Shown in pieces: positions 39,116-52,786 of a stretch of 64,000 nt of DNA. Position 1 is the first letter of the stretch. Every line of letters begins with the position of its first letter. Position numbers and translations under genes: made by a program. Under the pieces are notes generated by a model. That model was not told the origin of the DNA, searched no databases, and saw only the letters and a list, made by a program, of their open reading frames with translations. The stretch comes from Hemiscyllium ocellatum (Eukaryota). The stretch spans positions 30,857,877 through 30,921,876 of the forward strand of contig NC_083429.1 in NCBI RefSeq assembly GCF_020745735.1, written 5' to 3'.

Positions 39116-39724
39116 TGTTATGACATGGCAATGAACCCTTCTGTTAATTGAACCAAACACCCCAAAAAGCTCACCTTGCCTTGTAATCTGTTAGATGGCA
39201 AAGAATGGCAAAATTCCACTATTTAAAGAAAATCATATAAATTTATTCCTTAACTCTTAAAAGTGAACATTAAATAAAAACTATTTACAACTTGAAGCCC
39301 CTGCTTGTTTTCTGTTTCCAATTATATAACAATATATTGATCCAATAAAAACCCGTATTAAAATTACATCAACTTAATTTCAAAACCACACAGCAGCTGT
39401 TGTCGTCGGTGTCTTTCTTCTTACCACTGAACATATCATCCCATTGGTTCGAGGTTGGCAAAAACAATAAAACATTAACAATTAACTCAATTGTGTTTTA
39501 GTATCCTGGGGCATCATTTAAATTGATTGGCTAAATTTGAATTGTTGTCAAAACAGTAACCAAAACTCAGGCATCCATTTCACAGTCAAATATTACATAT
39601 TTTCAATTTTCCAGTACACTCTGAGACTGCTCGCTAGTCATACGACAGATGGTCATAAGCTCGCAGTGCAAATCAGCATTCACTCTCTTTTAAAGGTACA
39701 GTACACGCCTTCAACTTCATAACA
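39116..39724. mobile_element. Solo LTR, 609 nt
   Basis: Termini TGTTATGA...TCATAACA (8-nt inverted repeat); perfect 4-nt TSD AATG. Confidence 0.85.
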
Positions 39725-40281
39725 AATGGCATAAAAAAACCAAAATCAAGGCACCCTCGCCACCTCCTTCCACTGCTCCACTCAGTTCTCCTGTGGAAAT
39801 AACTTGCAACTTTTTCATATCAGCTGCTGATTTCTGACTTCCAGTTTTCAACCTAGGAATCGTCAAGCACGTATCAGTGTGGCAGCATTACCAGACTTGT
39901 CATATTTTCATTTTTAGAAGTAGCTGTTACATCTGTCTATCTTTCATTTTTATACCTGTGTTTAACTAATAACTATCACTTTCTAGTCATTTAATCATCT
40001 TTCAGCAGACGTTGTGCTATAACCTACCATTGGATCTTGGTTTAGGCTGGAGCCATGGTGCAAATTATTTTTGAATTGGATAACTTGAAAAATTAAAGTG
40101 GGCTGAAGGAGTTATACAAATGTACAGTTCATGGACCACTCTGAGGTGTTGTTGTGACATGCGACTGAGTACGCTTTCAGAATGCTAGCACTAAACATTG
40201 CCAGTGTTTTACCATTGTCTTCAACGGACTGTATTTGTTTAAATTCACAATGACAAAGATGATGTTTTCCCTCTCTCTTAG

Positions 40282-40584
40282 AACTCCCTGAAATTTCCAT
40301 TGTAGATGGTAGTTTGGTTGCTGGGCAAAAGTCTATCCTGACCTGCCCTGCCTAGGAGTTGGACTCTGAGAACATCTCCTTTACCTGGACCTTTAGTGCA
40401 ACAAACATGATGACAAACATCACTGTCCCAAACCTGAAAGGAATGGTTAATGGTAAACCTGTTGCCACCAGTGAATTTGAGATCATTTCTCAAGTGGCTG
40501 ACCATGGAACTCTCTGTACATGTCAGATAAATCATATTACTTTCAAAAAGCCAGTAATAAAAAAGATCAATCTAGATGTTATGT
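40282..40584 (+). pseudogene. Paralogous C2 exon 3 with in-frame TAG
   Basis: 303 nt, 43 differences from 57624..57926 (hand count); TAG at 40353..40355 where gene B has CAA; splice sites intact. Confidence 0.85.
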
Positions 40585-41568
40585 GTGAGTATTAACCTCA
40601 ATGCTATTGCTATTTCCTCTTTGACTTGGGCTAAATGTTGTGCACGCTTCATTAGAATGGCAGCACTTTCACCTCCTTACAAGAAAGTTCTGTTTTGAAC
40701 TTCACCCCAGACATGAACTCTAATCCAGACTGAAATTGAATGTGAAGATCAATGTGGATGTTGTATGAGCATTCTCCTCAACAATGTTGCTGTTTTCAGA
40801 AATGGTAAACAAAGTATAAGTAAAATGCTCCATCGTATAATGCTGAGAATACGGAGAATGGGCTACATTGCTGGTGTTGCCCTCCATATTAAAACATGCT
40901 CACACCTGCTCATTTAAATGAATTTTTAAAGTGAGTTTGTTTCATTTAAGTAGAAGCAGAGGGTTATCCAGTGTGCTGACTAACATTTACAGAAGTAGCA
41001 AAAACCATTGATAAAGGAATCAATCACTTCTTCACCAGTGGTTTGTATGGGTCACCTCTGGCATTTGCTACATCAATGAATCCACAGTATTCTAAAAGCA
41101 TCATTCAGTTTTCATTTAAGTTGAAAATATGGCATTCAGCAGACACTCCCTTCTGTACATATATTCCATTTGGAAATAAAACCTATCACATTGTCCCCTG
41201 GTCTGACTCCGTCTCAGGCAGCATCTCCAAGTTGTGTAACATTGCAGATATTTTCTCCTCCTAACACAATCTTTAAGCTTTTGATGCCAAAGCTTGGCCT
41301 TACCTGACAATTTGATTAATTGTTTTCCAGGCTTTCCAAACCTACTCATGAGCAAGATTAGGCACTTTGCCCATTCAGCCAATTTTTGCACATAAACAAA
41401 TAGTGCTGCTGTGTAAAATATCACCCTGAAGTAATTTACCAATACTGTGTTCATATAAATGTAGTCAATTTTGCATTTATTGTGCAATTAATTTTATTTA
41501 TAATTGTTCTAACCATAACCTTAATCCCAATGCTGTTACACAAAATCTTTTATTCTGTTTTACTTTAG

Positions 41569-41889
41569 ATGTTCCACAATTTCTCACAATAACATACTGG
41601 TTAAACCGCAGTGATATTTACCATACAGGGACCAGTAACTCCATCACTGTCAATACAAATTCATCACTGCAATTGAGATGCTCTGCATATAGTAACACTG
41701 CCTCGACTGTGATCTGGCTAAAGGATGGGGAAAAGTCCACTGAAATGGTACAAATGGCAACTGGATTACACAGCTCAAAATTACAGAAAATTAATTTCCA
41801 GTTTGAAGATGCAGGAATCTATTGGTGTATGACGAACAAAAGTTATGGTTGGAGAAATGCAAGTGTTTGGTTGAAAACTGTTCAAAAAG
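41569..41889 (+). pseudogene. Paralogous C2 exon 4; open frame, part of the disabled copy
   Basis: Acceptor TTTAG; LRCSAYSN...TVIWLKDG...DAGIYWC...SYGWRN; donor G|GTATGT; about 50% aa identity to gene B exon 4. Confidence 0.8.
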
Positions 41890-42602
41890 GTATGTTTTGG
41901 GTTCCTATGCATGTATAAAGCTCTCAAAAAATGTAACAGGACAATTAATTATGAGCAGCTTTCAGTGGAAAAGGGGTCTCTTCTTAAGCAATGAGGAGAA
42001 AGAAATGATTGATCTTGTGAAATTAGACATATAAAATCTCCAACAAACATTGACTTCCAGAATGAAAAATAGCCCACACTTAATTGTCAATGCCATCCAC
42101 AAGATAGTTTGATGGTCAGTTTTTAATTGTTGACCTGGTGATCACATTGCCATTATCTTTTAGCTACAAAAGTATGCCTCTGTCTGAAAGTTACTTGACA
42201 TTTAATGAGCAATTGGAGCAACACCATGAAGATGATGGGAGGTGAAGGATGGGTTTCAACTTCTATAACTGTAATGAGGGAATAGATCTCCAGTCTGTGA
42301 ATATTTGTATTTGATGAGAAATGTTCTCTTTGATCTACACCAATGGCCAACTTGCATATTAATAATATTATATCTTGTTCAGTTGCTGTTATTTTTGAGT
42401 ACACTTTGAATCAGTATTTTCTCAAATTTAAAAGGACTGGGAAAAAAAATAATGCTTCCCTCTTCTTAAAACTGATGGGAGAGGTCTGATTGATTGAATT
42501 TATACCAACTATGCAATAAACTAATGGAATATTTAGCATCTGAACCATGCAAAAGTATTTAATGTAAAAATGCCATGATGAAGTTTTACAAATTTCTTTC
42601 AG

Positions 42603-42704
42603 GTGACATGTGGTTGTGGATTTTGATTGGGTGATCCATTGCTGTTGCTGCATTCATTTTGATTCTAACCACACTAAGCTGCTTAGTTAATTGCTGAATA
42701 ACAG
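42603..42704 (+). pseudogene. Paralogous TM exon with two in-frame TGA codons
   Basis: Acceptor TTTCTTTCAG, donor G|GTAACG, 102 nt and phase 1 like the gene B TM exon. Reads GDMWLWILIG*SIAVAAFILILTTLSCLVNC*IT; TGA at 42632 and 42695. Confidence 0.75.
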
Positions 42705-43007
42705 GTAACGAGTGAAGCTTAAATCTCCAAGAAATGTTAAATTATGAATATTTTCATTGATATCTGTAATGGTAAAATCATTCAATTTCAATCTCAGTAA
42801 ACAAATTGCTTTATTGGGCATGAATTCTTTCATGTTATTATACAAAACTCTACTAAATTTCATCACTAAAGATATATGCATGCAGCAATATACAATTAGC
42901 CAGAGGAACAGTGACCATTTTGTTATTCTATGTCTATAAAACTGCCTCAAAATAAACATTATGACAGCAGAAAAAGGAAGACTATATGTGCATTTGAAAA
43001 TAGACTT

Positions 43008-43880
43008 CGATACAGTTCTGGACATAGGTTTGCTCGCTGAGTTGGAAGGTTTACTTCCAGACGTTTTGTCACCCTGCTAGGTAATATCTTCAGTGGGCGA
43101 AGCACTGTTGATAATTCCTGCTTTCTATTTATATGTTTGGGTTTCTTTGGGTTGGTGCTGTCATTTCCTGTGGTGATAGTCATACAGTCACAGAGGATAT
43201 AGGATGGAAACAAACCTTTCGGTCCAACTCATCTCTGTCAACCAGAAATCTAGTCCTATTTGCCAACATTTGGCTCATATCCCTCTAAATTTCTCCTATT
43301 TATATACCCATCCAAAAGCCTTTTAAATGTTGTAATTGTACTAGCCTTCACCACTTTCACTGGCGGCTCATTCCATATATACATCACCCTCTGCATGAAA
43401 AATTTGCCCCTCAGATCCCTTTTAAATCTTTCCCCTGACATCTTAAACCTATGCCATCCAGTTTTGGACTCTGTTATGCTGGGGAAAATACCTTGACTAT
43501 ATACCATATCCATGCCCTTTCAGATTTTCTAAACCCCTATAAGGTCTCCCCTCAATCTCCAATGCTTGAGGGAAAATAGCCCCAGTCTACTCAGCCTCTC
43601 CCTATAGCTGAAGCCCTCCAACACTGGCAATATCTTTGTAAAGGTTTTCTGAACCCTTGCAAGTTTCACAACATTCATTCAATAACAAGGAGACCAGAAT
43701 TTACGTAGAATTCCAAAAGTGGCCTGACTAATGTATACCAGCAACATGACCTCCCAACTCCTATACTCAATGCATTGGCCAATAAAGGCAAGCATCCAAA
43801 CATCCATCCCATCTACCAGCAACTCCACTTTCAAGAAACTATGAACCTGCACTCCAAGATTTCTTTTGTTCAGCAATACT
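43008..43880 (-). mobile_element. Penelope pLTR fragment (third family, about 43020..43170) plus CR1 3' fragment
   Basis: Degenerate CUGAAGA...AAAACGUC motif on the minus strand; FKRDLRGKFFMQRV..IWN translation. Confidence 0.65.
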
Positions 43881-44180
43881 CCTGAAGTCCTGACCTATAA
43901 GTTCTGTTTCCATTGAAAACAGGCAGAGGCACTGATCAGTATGTTTCCTAGGCTCGGGAATATTCATCAAACATCACAACATGTCATAAAATGAGTCAGA
44001 CTCAAAATTATCTTTTGCTTTCATGTTATTTTCTATCTGAAAAAGCTTTCCATACAAAGAAGCTTCAATTTTAAATGCTTGTTTAGCGTTTCTTTTCTAA
44101 GTACTTTGAAAGCTGCAAGACAATCACACAATTAATGATGTTGGCTGGCTTCAGAATTTGGCTCTTTTATTCAAATGCAG

Positions 44181-44221
44181 AGGAGACAGGATTTGTTGGA
44201 ATTAATCCTTTGGAAGATTAA
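44181..44221 (+). pseudogene. Candidate short terminal cytoplasmic exon (E-ETGFVGINPLED*)
   Basis: Acceptor TCAAATGCAG, conserved in the paralogous block at 20178..20187; phase-1 frame closes after 13 residues; lies downstream of the TM exon. Confidence 0.35.
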
Positions 44222-44514
44222 CTTTGCCTTTAATTTTACATCCAACAGTTTGAAAGAAGTCTGCATCTGAAGTGATTTGGATTATTTAATCATAGTACGG
44301 TTGTATGAACAAAAACGAGTGCTGCTGTTAAATTTACTGGTAAATATCCTGAAAACATCTGCAACATTGACAAGAAGTAAATAAATTACCAAAGGAATTG
44401 AAACAAGTGATCATTTTCAAAGTTTGAACAGGGAATGAAATGCCTCATTGGACACTTGTAACTTAAAATGATTTGTTTAGCACAATAGAACATTGTCAAT
44501 GTAATATCCTAAGT

Positions 44515-46515
44515 ATGTAAGTTAGCTCGCTGAGCTGGAAGGTTTGTTTTCAGACATTTCAGCACCATACTATGTAACATCATCAGTTACAAGTCTCTGT
44601 TGAAGTGCTGGTGGCATGTCCCACCTCTCTATTTATAGGTCTTGGTTTCTTAAGGTGGGTCATGTCATTTCCAGTTCTTTTTTTTAAGGAAGGTCGATAG
44701 GATCGAAATTGATGTGTTTATTGATGAAGTTCTGGTTAGACTGCCATGCCTCTAAGAATTCTTGTGTGTGTCTTTGTTTTGCCTACCCTAGGATGTGTGT
44801 GCTGACCTAGTGAAAGTGGTGGCCTTTTTTGTCTGTATGTATGGAAACCAGTGATAGTAGGTCATGTCTTTCGGTGGCCCATTGGTGTTCGTGTATCCTG
44901 GTGGCAAGTTCCTTTTTTGTTTGTCCACTGCAGTGTTTTTTACAGTTCTTGCATAGTATCTTGTAAATGACGTTAGTTTTGCTGGTTGTATCTAATGGAT
45001 CCTTTAGGTTCATTAGTCGCTGTTTACGTGTGTTGGTAGGTTTGTAGGTGACCATGATGCTAATGGGTCTCAGTATTTTGGAAGTCATTTCTGATATGTC
45101 TTTGATGTAAGGTAATGTGGTTTTCCTTTTTGGTGTGTCTGCTTATTTGGGTTTGTTTCTGAGGAATTGGCGGATTGTGTTTATTGGGTATCCATTTTTC
45201 TTGAAAACATTGTACAAATATTTTTCTTCTGCTTTTTATAGTTCTTGGGCACTGCAGTGCGATATAGCTTGTTGAAATAATGTCTTGATGCAACTCCGTT
45301 TGTGGGTGTTGGGATGATTGCTTCTGAAGTTAAGTATTTATTGTTTTTCTGCAGATGCCGGTTTGAAGCTCTCTGTTAACTGTATGTTCAACTGTCATGT
45401 CTAGGAGCGGGAATCTGTTGTCGTTCTCCTCCTCTTTTGTGGGTTTCATGCCTGTCAGGATGTTGTTGATGGTGTTGTATGTTTCCTCTAATTTGTTCCA
45501 TTTTGTGATGACAAAGGTGTCATCCATGTAGCGGACCCAAAGTTTGGGTTGGATAGATGGGAGGGCAGCTTGTCAAAGTCTCTGCATTACTGCTTCTGCT
45601 ATGGGCCCTGATATTTGTGATCCCATGTGTGTTCCGTTGATTTGGTTGTAGGTTTTGTGATTGAATATGAAGTGGGTGGTAAGGCACAGGTCAACTAGTT
45701 TGAGGATGTTGTCTTTGCTGATGAAGTTGGTGCTGTCTTGTGTTTGTGGTCCTGGTTTTCCTAGTGGTGATGCCAGTGTTTCTTTGGCCAGGTCGATGTT
45801 AATTGATGTGAAAAGGGCTGTTACGTCAAAGGAGACCATTGTTTTGTCCTCTTCTGTCTTGGTGTCTTTGATGGTATTCAGGAATTCTGGGGTGGAGTGA
45901 ATGGAGTGGCATGAGTCTTCAATTAGATGCTTTAGTTTTTGGTGGAGTTCCTTGGGTAGCCTGTGCGTTGGTGAACCAGATAGGGAGGCTATTGGTCTTG
46001 GGGGTGGTGGTGGGGGGTGGGGGGCAGGTTTATGTATTTTTGGTAATCTGTAGAAGCGTGGATTATTGGACCCATCTGGTTTCATATTTTGGAAGTCTGT
46101 CCTGTTTAATTCTTCTGATTTTTTTAAGTACTGTTAGAAAGGATGAGATTCTGTTTTGTAGTTGTGGGGGTTGGGTTATCGCCACCTGCTGGTAAGTGTC
46201 AGTATCTGCAAGCAGAGCATTTGCCTTTTTAAGATATTTAAAATAACGGTCATGCATCCCTTATCTGCAGGAGTTATTACAACGATTTTGTATTTTTTAA
46301 CTCTTTCTAAGGCTTTATTTTCTTGAGCATTAAGTGTGTTTCCTTCCTTTTCTCGGCCTAACGTATGTGCAATAGCTTGTCTTATGACCTGCTGTGTTTC
46401 GCCTGAAAGACCATTATTTTTTAATATGGATTCAAATGCTGCGAGGAAGTCCTTTTTACTCACGTCTTTGTAATTGTAGCTTAATCCTCTGAGTAGGACT
46501 GCTTTTTTCTGTATC
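44515..46515 (-). mobile_element. Penelope-like element (third family), disrupted and internally deleted
   Basis: ITPADKG.MTV.LN, RFYRLPKIHK, MVSFDVTALFTSI, NGTHMGS.ISG.IAE, YMDDTFVI, NVIYKI.CKNC and TRIHEHQ motifs. Confidence 0.85.
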
Positions 46516-46913
46516 AGGAAGCAATATCCTGCTGAACTTGTGAACAGTTTTGCTGTAATTCTCAGATTTTGGCGTTGAGTTTTCAAATATTCATCCAGTG
46601 GAAACAGTTTATATTTATCTACCCTATCTTTTCCTCTTAAAATCTTGAAGACTTCAAAGACTATAGGAACAGGTTGATTGTATTGTTCACACCAAGTAAA
46701 GATGATAGTGTTTAATTGAACTTTGAGTGTTACCTCATTATTCGTACTAATTCTCATATCTGAATATTAGAGAGATGTATCAATAGTAAAAGGTTATATT
46801 TTACACAGTAATTCCATTGTTAGAGAATGAGAAAAAGGTTTGATGCAAAATTCCCACTAGGTAAACATCAACAATTTCTTTTGTTAATAATACTTGTGCT
46901 CAAGTTCAGAGAA

Positions 46914-47103
46914 GAAAATGTGTTGCTGGTTAAAGCACAGCAGGTTAGGCAGCATCCAAGGAACAGGAAATTCAACGTTCCGGGCCAGAGCCCTTCATCA
47001 GGAATCGAATTTCCTGTTCCTTGGATGCTGCCTGACCTGCTGCGCTTTAACCAGCAACACATTTTCAGCTCTGATCTCCAGCATCTGCAGACCTCACTTT
47101 TTA
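46914..47103. mobile_element. Hairpin-forming inverted pLTR dimer insertion
   Basis: 15-nt TSD CTCAAGTTCAGAGAA at 46899 and 47104; ~62-nt arms at 46914..46975 and 47007..47068. Confidence 0.85.
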
Positions 47104-50100
47104 CTCAAGTTCAGAGAATTAAGGTTGCAATTTTCAATGTGTTTCACATCTCTGTCAATATCCATTGTAGCGTTTATGGTTAGATTCCTGGTGTACAAAA
47201 CATAGTACAGCATGTGGCACATCCTGACAGATGAGGTGAGGCGATTTGTCATCCCTCTTTTGAATCCTCCTATTCAATTGCGACAAAATATTTTTATTTA
47301 TTTTAAGAATGCTGCTCTCAGACTCCAATGTAAATATCGTTCACTGTGAAAATGAAAGAGACAATCACCAATATTTTCTTGAATAAAAGAAAAATAAATT
47401 TTATGACCTGCTAACTCCAAGAAAATTGTAATAAAGTGCAACATCAAACACATACTCACAGACATAAAAGTAATGAGTTCAAAAGAGAGAATATCTGATG
47501 GAGACAGTGAGGATTAGAGGTTGCATAGTTTAAAAGTCCTGAGAAATTCAGAAATTCTTAGTCGTGAAAGGACTTGATTTAAGGTCAGAAGGGAAAGATT
47601 TAAAAGACTTGGGGCAATCTTTTCATGCGGAGAGTCATGCGTTGTTCAGCAGAGATAGTATAGGCAGGTACAATTCCAACACTTAAAAGACATCTGGATG
47701 GTTAGGAACATTTTAGAGAGATATAGGCCAAATGCTGGCAAATGGGATTAGATTAATTTGGGATATCTGGTTGGCATGGACTGAATACACTGAAGGGTGT
47801 ATTTCTGTGCTTATATAACTCTGTGGCTAAAATACATATTCATGATGTTTCCTCGTTAAGATAGTGTGAATGTTTGTATCACAAAATTCAGTCTGAAACA
47901 AGAGATGAACAGTTCACAAAACTGGAGTGGACGACAGTGCTGCACAGACTGTCCTGTAATCACAAATAAGTGAGAAGTTGTGGCAAACAACTACACATAA
48001 TTTTAATGAAGGTGCTTCAATTGTGTCAGGGTCAACTCTAATACTTGGTAAAGCAAACCTCTTGACCATTCAGGCTCTAGGACTATAATCTGCAGACTTT
48101 AGTCAGCATGGATTACATCCATCTCTGTCCTATGCTATGTCCTGTTTTTAAGAGTCGGAGTTCTTTCTTTCACAAGCAGTGGCAGGAATTCCACATTAAA
48201 ACAGGCATTTATGTGGAGTGGACATGACAGTGCCCAAGGCATTAAGGTATAAATAGCACACAAGGAGACATGATCCTAAAGGGAAAGTGATGGAACGATG
48301 GTGTAAAGGTGTCTTAATGCCTTCAACATTAATAGTTATCACTGACGATTTCCTGGATGTGTTATCCCACCACCACTCAGAGCCTTCAGTGGACATTGAT
48401 GACTCATTGAATGCCTCATCAAAGTGCTTTTGGTATTAACCCAGCAGCAGACAAACTGTCAACATACAACCTGTACCACACTGGCAGCTTGTTATCTTTT
48501 GTGGTGAGGTTGGAAGTGGAATGCGTACTAGTGCAATACTATGATTAAAATTATCAATTCCCAATCAAACAATTAACCAATGCAAGGTGGCAGTCTGAAT
48601 CCTTGCTCACCACCACTGCTCTTCCCTTTGGTGCCCACATGGCGTTAACCACCTATCACCTTGGTTGCTCCTCAATTCTCTACTAAACTCTACTTGATGT
48701 TTCAGCAGGAACCATGGCTCCTACAGTGGAGTTGCTGAGCAAAAGAGTAGATGATGTGTGATTGGCTGGCAGCTTTCAGCAGGTATTATCTTTGCCATAG
48801 GCTTTTGATTCTGGTCAATAGTCTGGTACTGATCTTACCATCATTCATCAACCAGCCAACAACACCCTGCAGTCCACAGCAACTTCCCATCAACATTTCA
48901 GCTCAGTGACCTTTTGTCAAAACAGAATCAGATAAAAAGTCATAGACCTTAAACATTAGCTGTTTCTCTCTATCAAGATTGCAGGATGTGCTCAGTTTTT
49001 ATTGTTGTTTTTATTCTTATTAATAGTTTCCAGCATCAATATGTGATCTCATGGTTCAGGGTGATCCTCTGGTTCACAGAGTTGAGGGCTAACATGCATG
49101 TTGGGAAATTATGTCACGTTCACACAAACACCAGATCAACGTGCTGTGAAAGGAAGAACTGAAACCAGATTGCTGACTCAAGCAAAAGGTTAATGCTAAA
49201 GGTCATTTAATCTCTATGGTTATAAAAAGGGATGAAATAAAGAGTGCCAAGAGGAACCGTGAACTCAGATGTCTCAGTTTACACGACTCTTGGAAAATTG
49301 TGCTCAGATCCACGTTTCTTATGCAAGGGTGCAGGAAATCAAGAGTCTGGAGGACAGGGAGAAACTGCACATCGAGACATCAGCAGCAACAATTCAAGTG
49401 ACAACCTGAAACTAACCAGTGCTAAGATGAGAAACTGACTTTGAAACTCAAAAAAAAGCCTCATTATGGTGAACCTGAAATAGCATTTCTGATTTGGTCT
49501 GTCACAAATCTTGTGCCTTGTTGCTTAATTGTGACCAATCAAAATGATATCAGCTGGTTGGAAGGCTACTGTGGAGGTTAAAGTGAGCAGAATGTAAGAA
49601 GGTGCCAAGTGTGTATTTTGCCATTAGTACCCGGAAAATTGTGTAGAATAAGTAATGGAGAACACATGGATTAGGAGCAGTGTCAGCCATTCGGCACCTT
49701 GACCCTGCTGTTCTATTCAGTAGGTTGTGGCTGATCAGACACAAACATCGAAATACCTGGGATTCAATAAGTCCAAACCTACTTGACGCCATCCCTTTAG
49801 TTGATGGGACAGATACATTTCAGTGGTCTGTAGTAAACTATTTCCAACAAAAGCACTCAGTAGAACAATCAGATTGGCACACAATACATGATGAAAAATT
49901 CAATTTTTGGCCTTGGGACTATTTTATCTACAAATTTACAAACATTCACCTATTAAGGATGCATGAATGGAAATGTCGGATCTGATATTTGGCACCTGTC
50001 TAAAGGCTCAAAAGTAAATCACACAAGTAAAAGTAAATGGTCCTGAAATGCATGAATTTGGAATTTGTTGGTTCTCTCTGTCATATAGCTCAGTTCCACT

Positions 50101-52286
50101 ATTGAGTTTGATGGTGTCAGCTGGCGATCTGACCTGGTGCTAGTTTCCATCCACAGTTAAAAATGAGAGAGAGTTAAAACAGAATTCTCTAATGGAGTGG
50201 ATATTTTAACAAGTTTATTATGTCTCAGAATGGAACTGTGATTTTAATTAAATACAATTTATTTGCCCTGAATGCAAAAGTTTAAAGCACATGTCTTGGC
50301 AATTTGATGACATAAGGCTTATGATTACTTGATAAAGGAAAAAGTAATTTGAAACCAGCATTTTCTCCAGATCAAGCATCTTAACTGATCCCCTATTTCA
50401 GCTCAATCAGCATTTCAAGCAACTATCTAACCAAATATCTAAACAACTCACTTTGGAGTGAAACAACACAAAAAAAAGTTTATGCTGAATAACGCATAGA
50501 GAAAAAGCATAGTTTAGAGCTGTGGCACATTAAGAGTCAATACAGAAGTTGTTTAGTCACTGCCTGTTCAATCACAGAAATTAATTTTAATGCTTTCTAA
50601 CATTCGGCTACCTCAGGTCAATTGTAACAGAATTAACCAGACCAGAAGTGAAGAAGCTGATTATAAAGTTTTCTTGAGTGGAAGAAAAAAGAATTTTATT
50701 AGATGTTGTCTGCTCCAAAAATAATTAAAATGTGTCAATAAATAGTGTTGGTGAAACCAATGTGAATTACTTTTGTGCTGAATAGCAAAAAGTTATGCAA
50801 TTTGTTCACCTTGTCTTTTAAATTGGGTGTTTACAATCTTGTGATGGATTGGGGCTTGATTATCAATGCTCACTTCCCTGGTAAGTCATAACATGAGTTG
50901 TTAGACCAAATCCCTGTCTAGTGGTTTCCATTGGTGTGAAATATGCAATGGTGTTTTATTGAAGAGTAGCAGGGGATATATCCCTGATATTGTTTTCAGT
51001 GCTTGTTTTTCAATCATCATCACAAACCAAATAGATTATCGAGTCATTAACATTTTGCTGTTTCATTTATAAAATGTTGGTGGAATACAGAAGTTAGTTA
51101 CTGACATAGATTCAAACACCACAGAAACAGAACATTTAGGCCCATCACTCAATCAGAAATCTTAACAGTGTAATGTTACAGTTATGCACCAGGTGGAGCT
51201 CTCGTTACCAACATGGGGAAAAGTGTGGACAATCACTGTGTAAGAAGCAGTAATGTTAAATTCTGTGAGTGATAGGGTTTCAGATGTGCATGGATGGCCG
51301 ACGTTACTGTAAATAAAGGGTCAACTCACAGTTTGACCCGTGACTGTACAAAAGGCATGTGTTTGAAAACCTGAGCTAAAAGCAATGTCCAATGCTTTGA
51401 ATTTGCACGAAGAAAGTTTCGGATCAGGTGAAAACCCAGTTTTTACAATTTAACATGGATCCTTGGTGTCTTAGGGTTCCAAACAAACATGAGGCTAAAT
51501 TTTACTATGAGCTCAAGGGATGCATAAAGGCTGGTACAGCTGTTCCATAGCTGAGCCTTAGCATGATGGGGAGTGATGGACTTGGAGTTTGACAGTTAGA
51601 TTCTTAATTCCAAGACTCAGGTAATGGGTCATTGGATCCTGGTTCAAATCTTGTCCATGGCAGATGGTAGAATTTGAATTCAATTTTAAAAATCTGTAGT
51701 TAGGGATTTAATGATGACTATGAAACTACTGTTGTATGTCAGGGAAATCTATTTATTTTCCTATTGTTCTTAAAAGAAGGAAACTCTGTGGGTCTGGCCT
51801 ACATGTGGCTGTTGACCTACAGTAATGTGGTTGTCCTTTGACTGCCCTCTGACCCACAAGAAAGCTGACCCAACCAGTAACACCCACGTCCAATGAATGA
51901 TGTAAAATCTAATCTGCATGCTTGAGCCTGAGCTAATAGAGGGAGCTGTGTTTTTGTAACTTAAACAAGAAAATGTTACTACTAAAATGTTATTCTATGT
52001 AGTTTACAGAATCACAGAATTATTAGAGTGAAAGGAAGCCAATCGGCCCATTGTCCCTACTTGCACCAGCTGCATCATCTAGTGCCTATATCCTGCCTTT
52101 GCCCCAATTGTTTGATACTATAACTATCAAAAATGACATCCAATGGCCTTTTGAAAGCATCAGTTGATCCAGGCAGTGCATTCCATGTTCTAACTCCTTA
52201 CTGGGAGTTACAAAAGCCTAGTTCACTCCCCCCTTGCTTCATGTATACATCTCTTTAAATCTATGCTCTCCCATTCTTGTAACTTG

Positions 52287-52484
52287 CTGAAAATGTGTTG
52301 CTGGAAAAGCGCAGCAGGTCAGGCAGCATCCAAGGAACAGGAGATTCGACGTTTCGGGCATAAGCCCTTCTTCCTGAAAGGTCGAATCTCCTGTTCCTTG
52401 GATGCTGCCTGACCTGCTGTGCTTTTCCAGCAACACATTTTCAGCTCTGATCTCCAGCATCTGCAGACCTCACTTTCTCCTTTT
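52287..52484. mobile_element. Hairpin-forming inverted pLTR dimer insertion inside a CR1 fragment
   Basis: 15-nt TSD CATTCTTGTA(A/G)CTTG at 52272 and 52485; same architecture as 46914..47103. Confidence 0.85.
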
Positions 52485-52786
52485 CATTCTTGTAGCTTGT
52501 AAATGTCACCTTATCCAGTCATCCCAGCCTTCTATTGATTTTGAAAACCTCAATCTGATGTTCCCTCAGTCTGCTTCTTTCCAGGGACAACTGCCCCAAC
52601 ATTCCAATCTGTCCTTATCGCTGGCATTTCTCATTCCTGCAACAATTATTATAAACCGTTTCTGCACTCCCTCAAACACATTCACATCCATTCTGTGATA
52701 TGGTGTACACAACTATACGCAATACTCCAGCTGATGTCTAAAAGGAGACTTGTCCAAGTTCAAAATCGCTTTGCTCTTGTATATTA

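Noticed and set aside
39104-39741. RSS-like CACAGTG ... AAAAAAACC straddling the solo LTR
   Set aside because: With the LTR removed the spacer is 9 nt, not 12 or 23, and there is no adjacent coding segment. The heptamer at 29823 lacks a nonamer.
46176-46757. 193-aa minus-strand ORF as a novel gene
   Set aside because: Chance in-frame join of a CR1 C-terminal fragment and a Penelope N-terminal fragment.
49112-49403. TGTCAC...GTGACA LTR-like segment (also a TG..CA candidate at 51169..51350)
   Set aside because: No clean target-site duplication and no second copy in the window.
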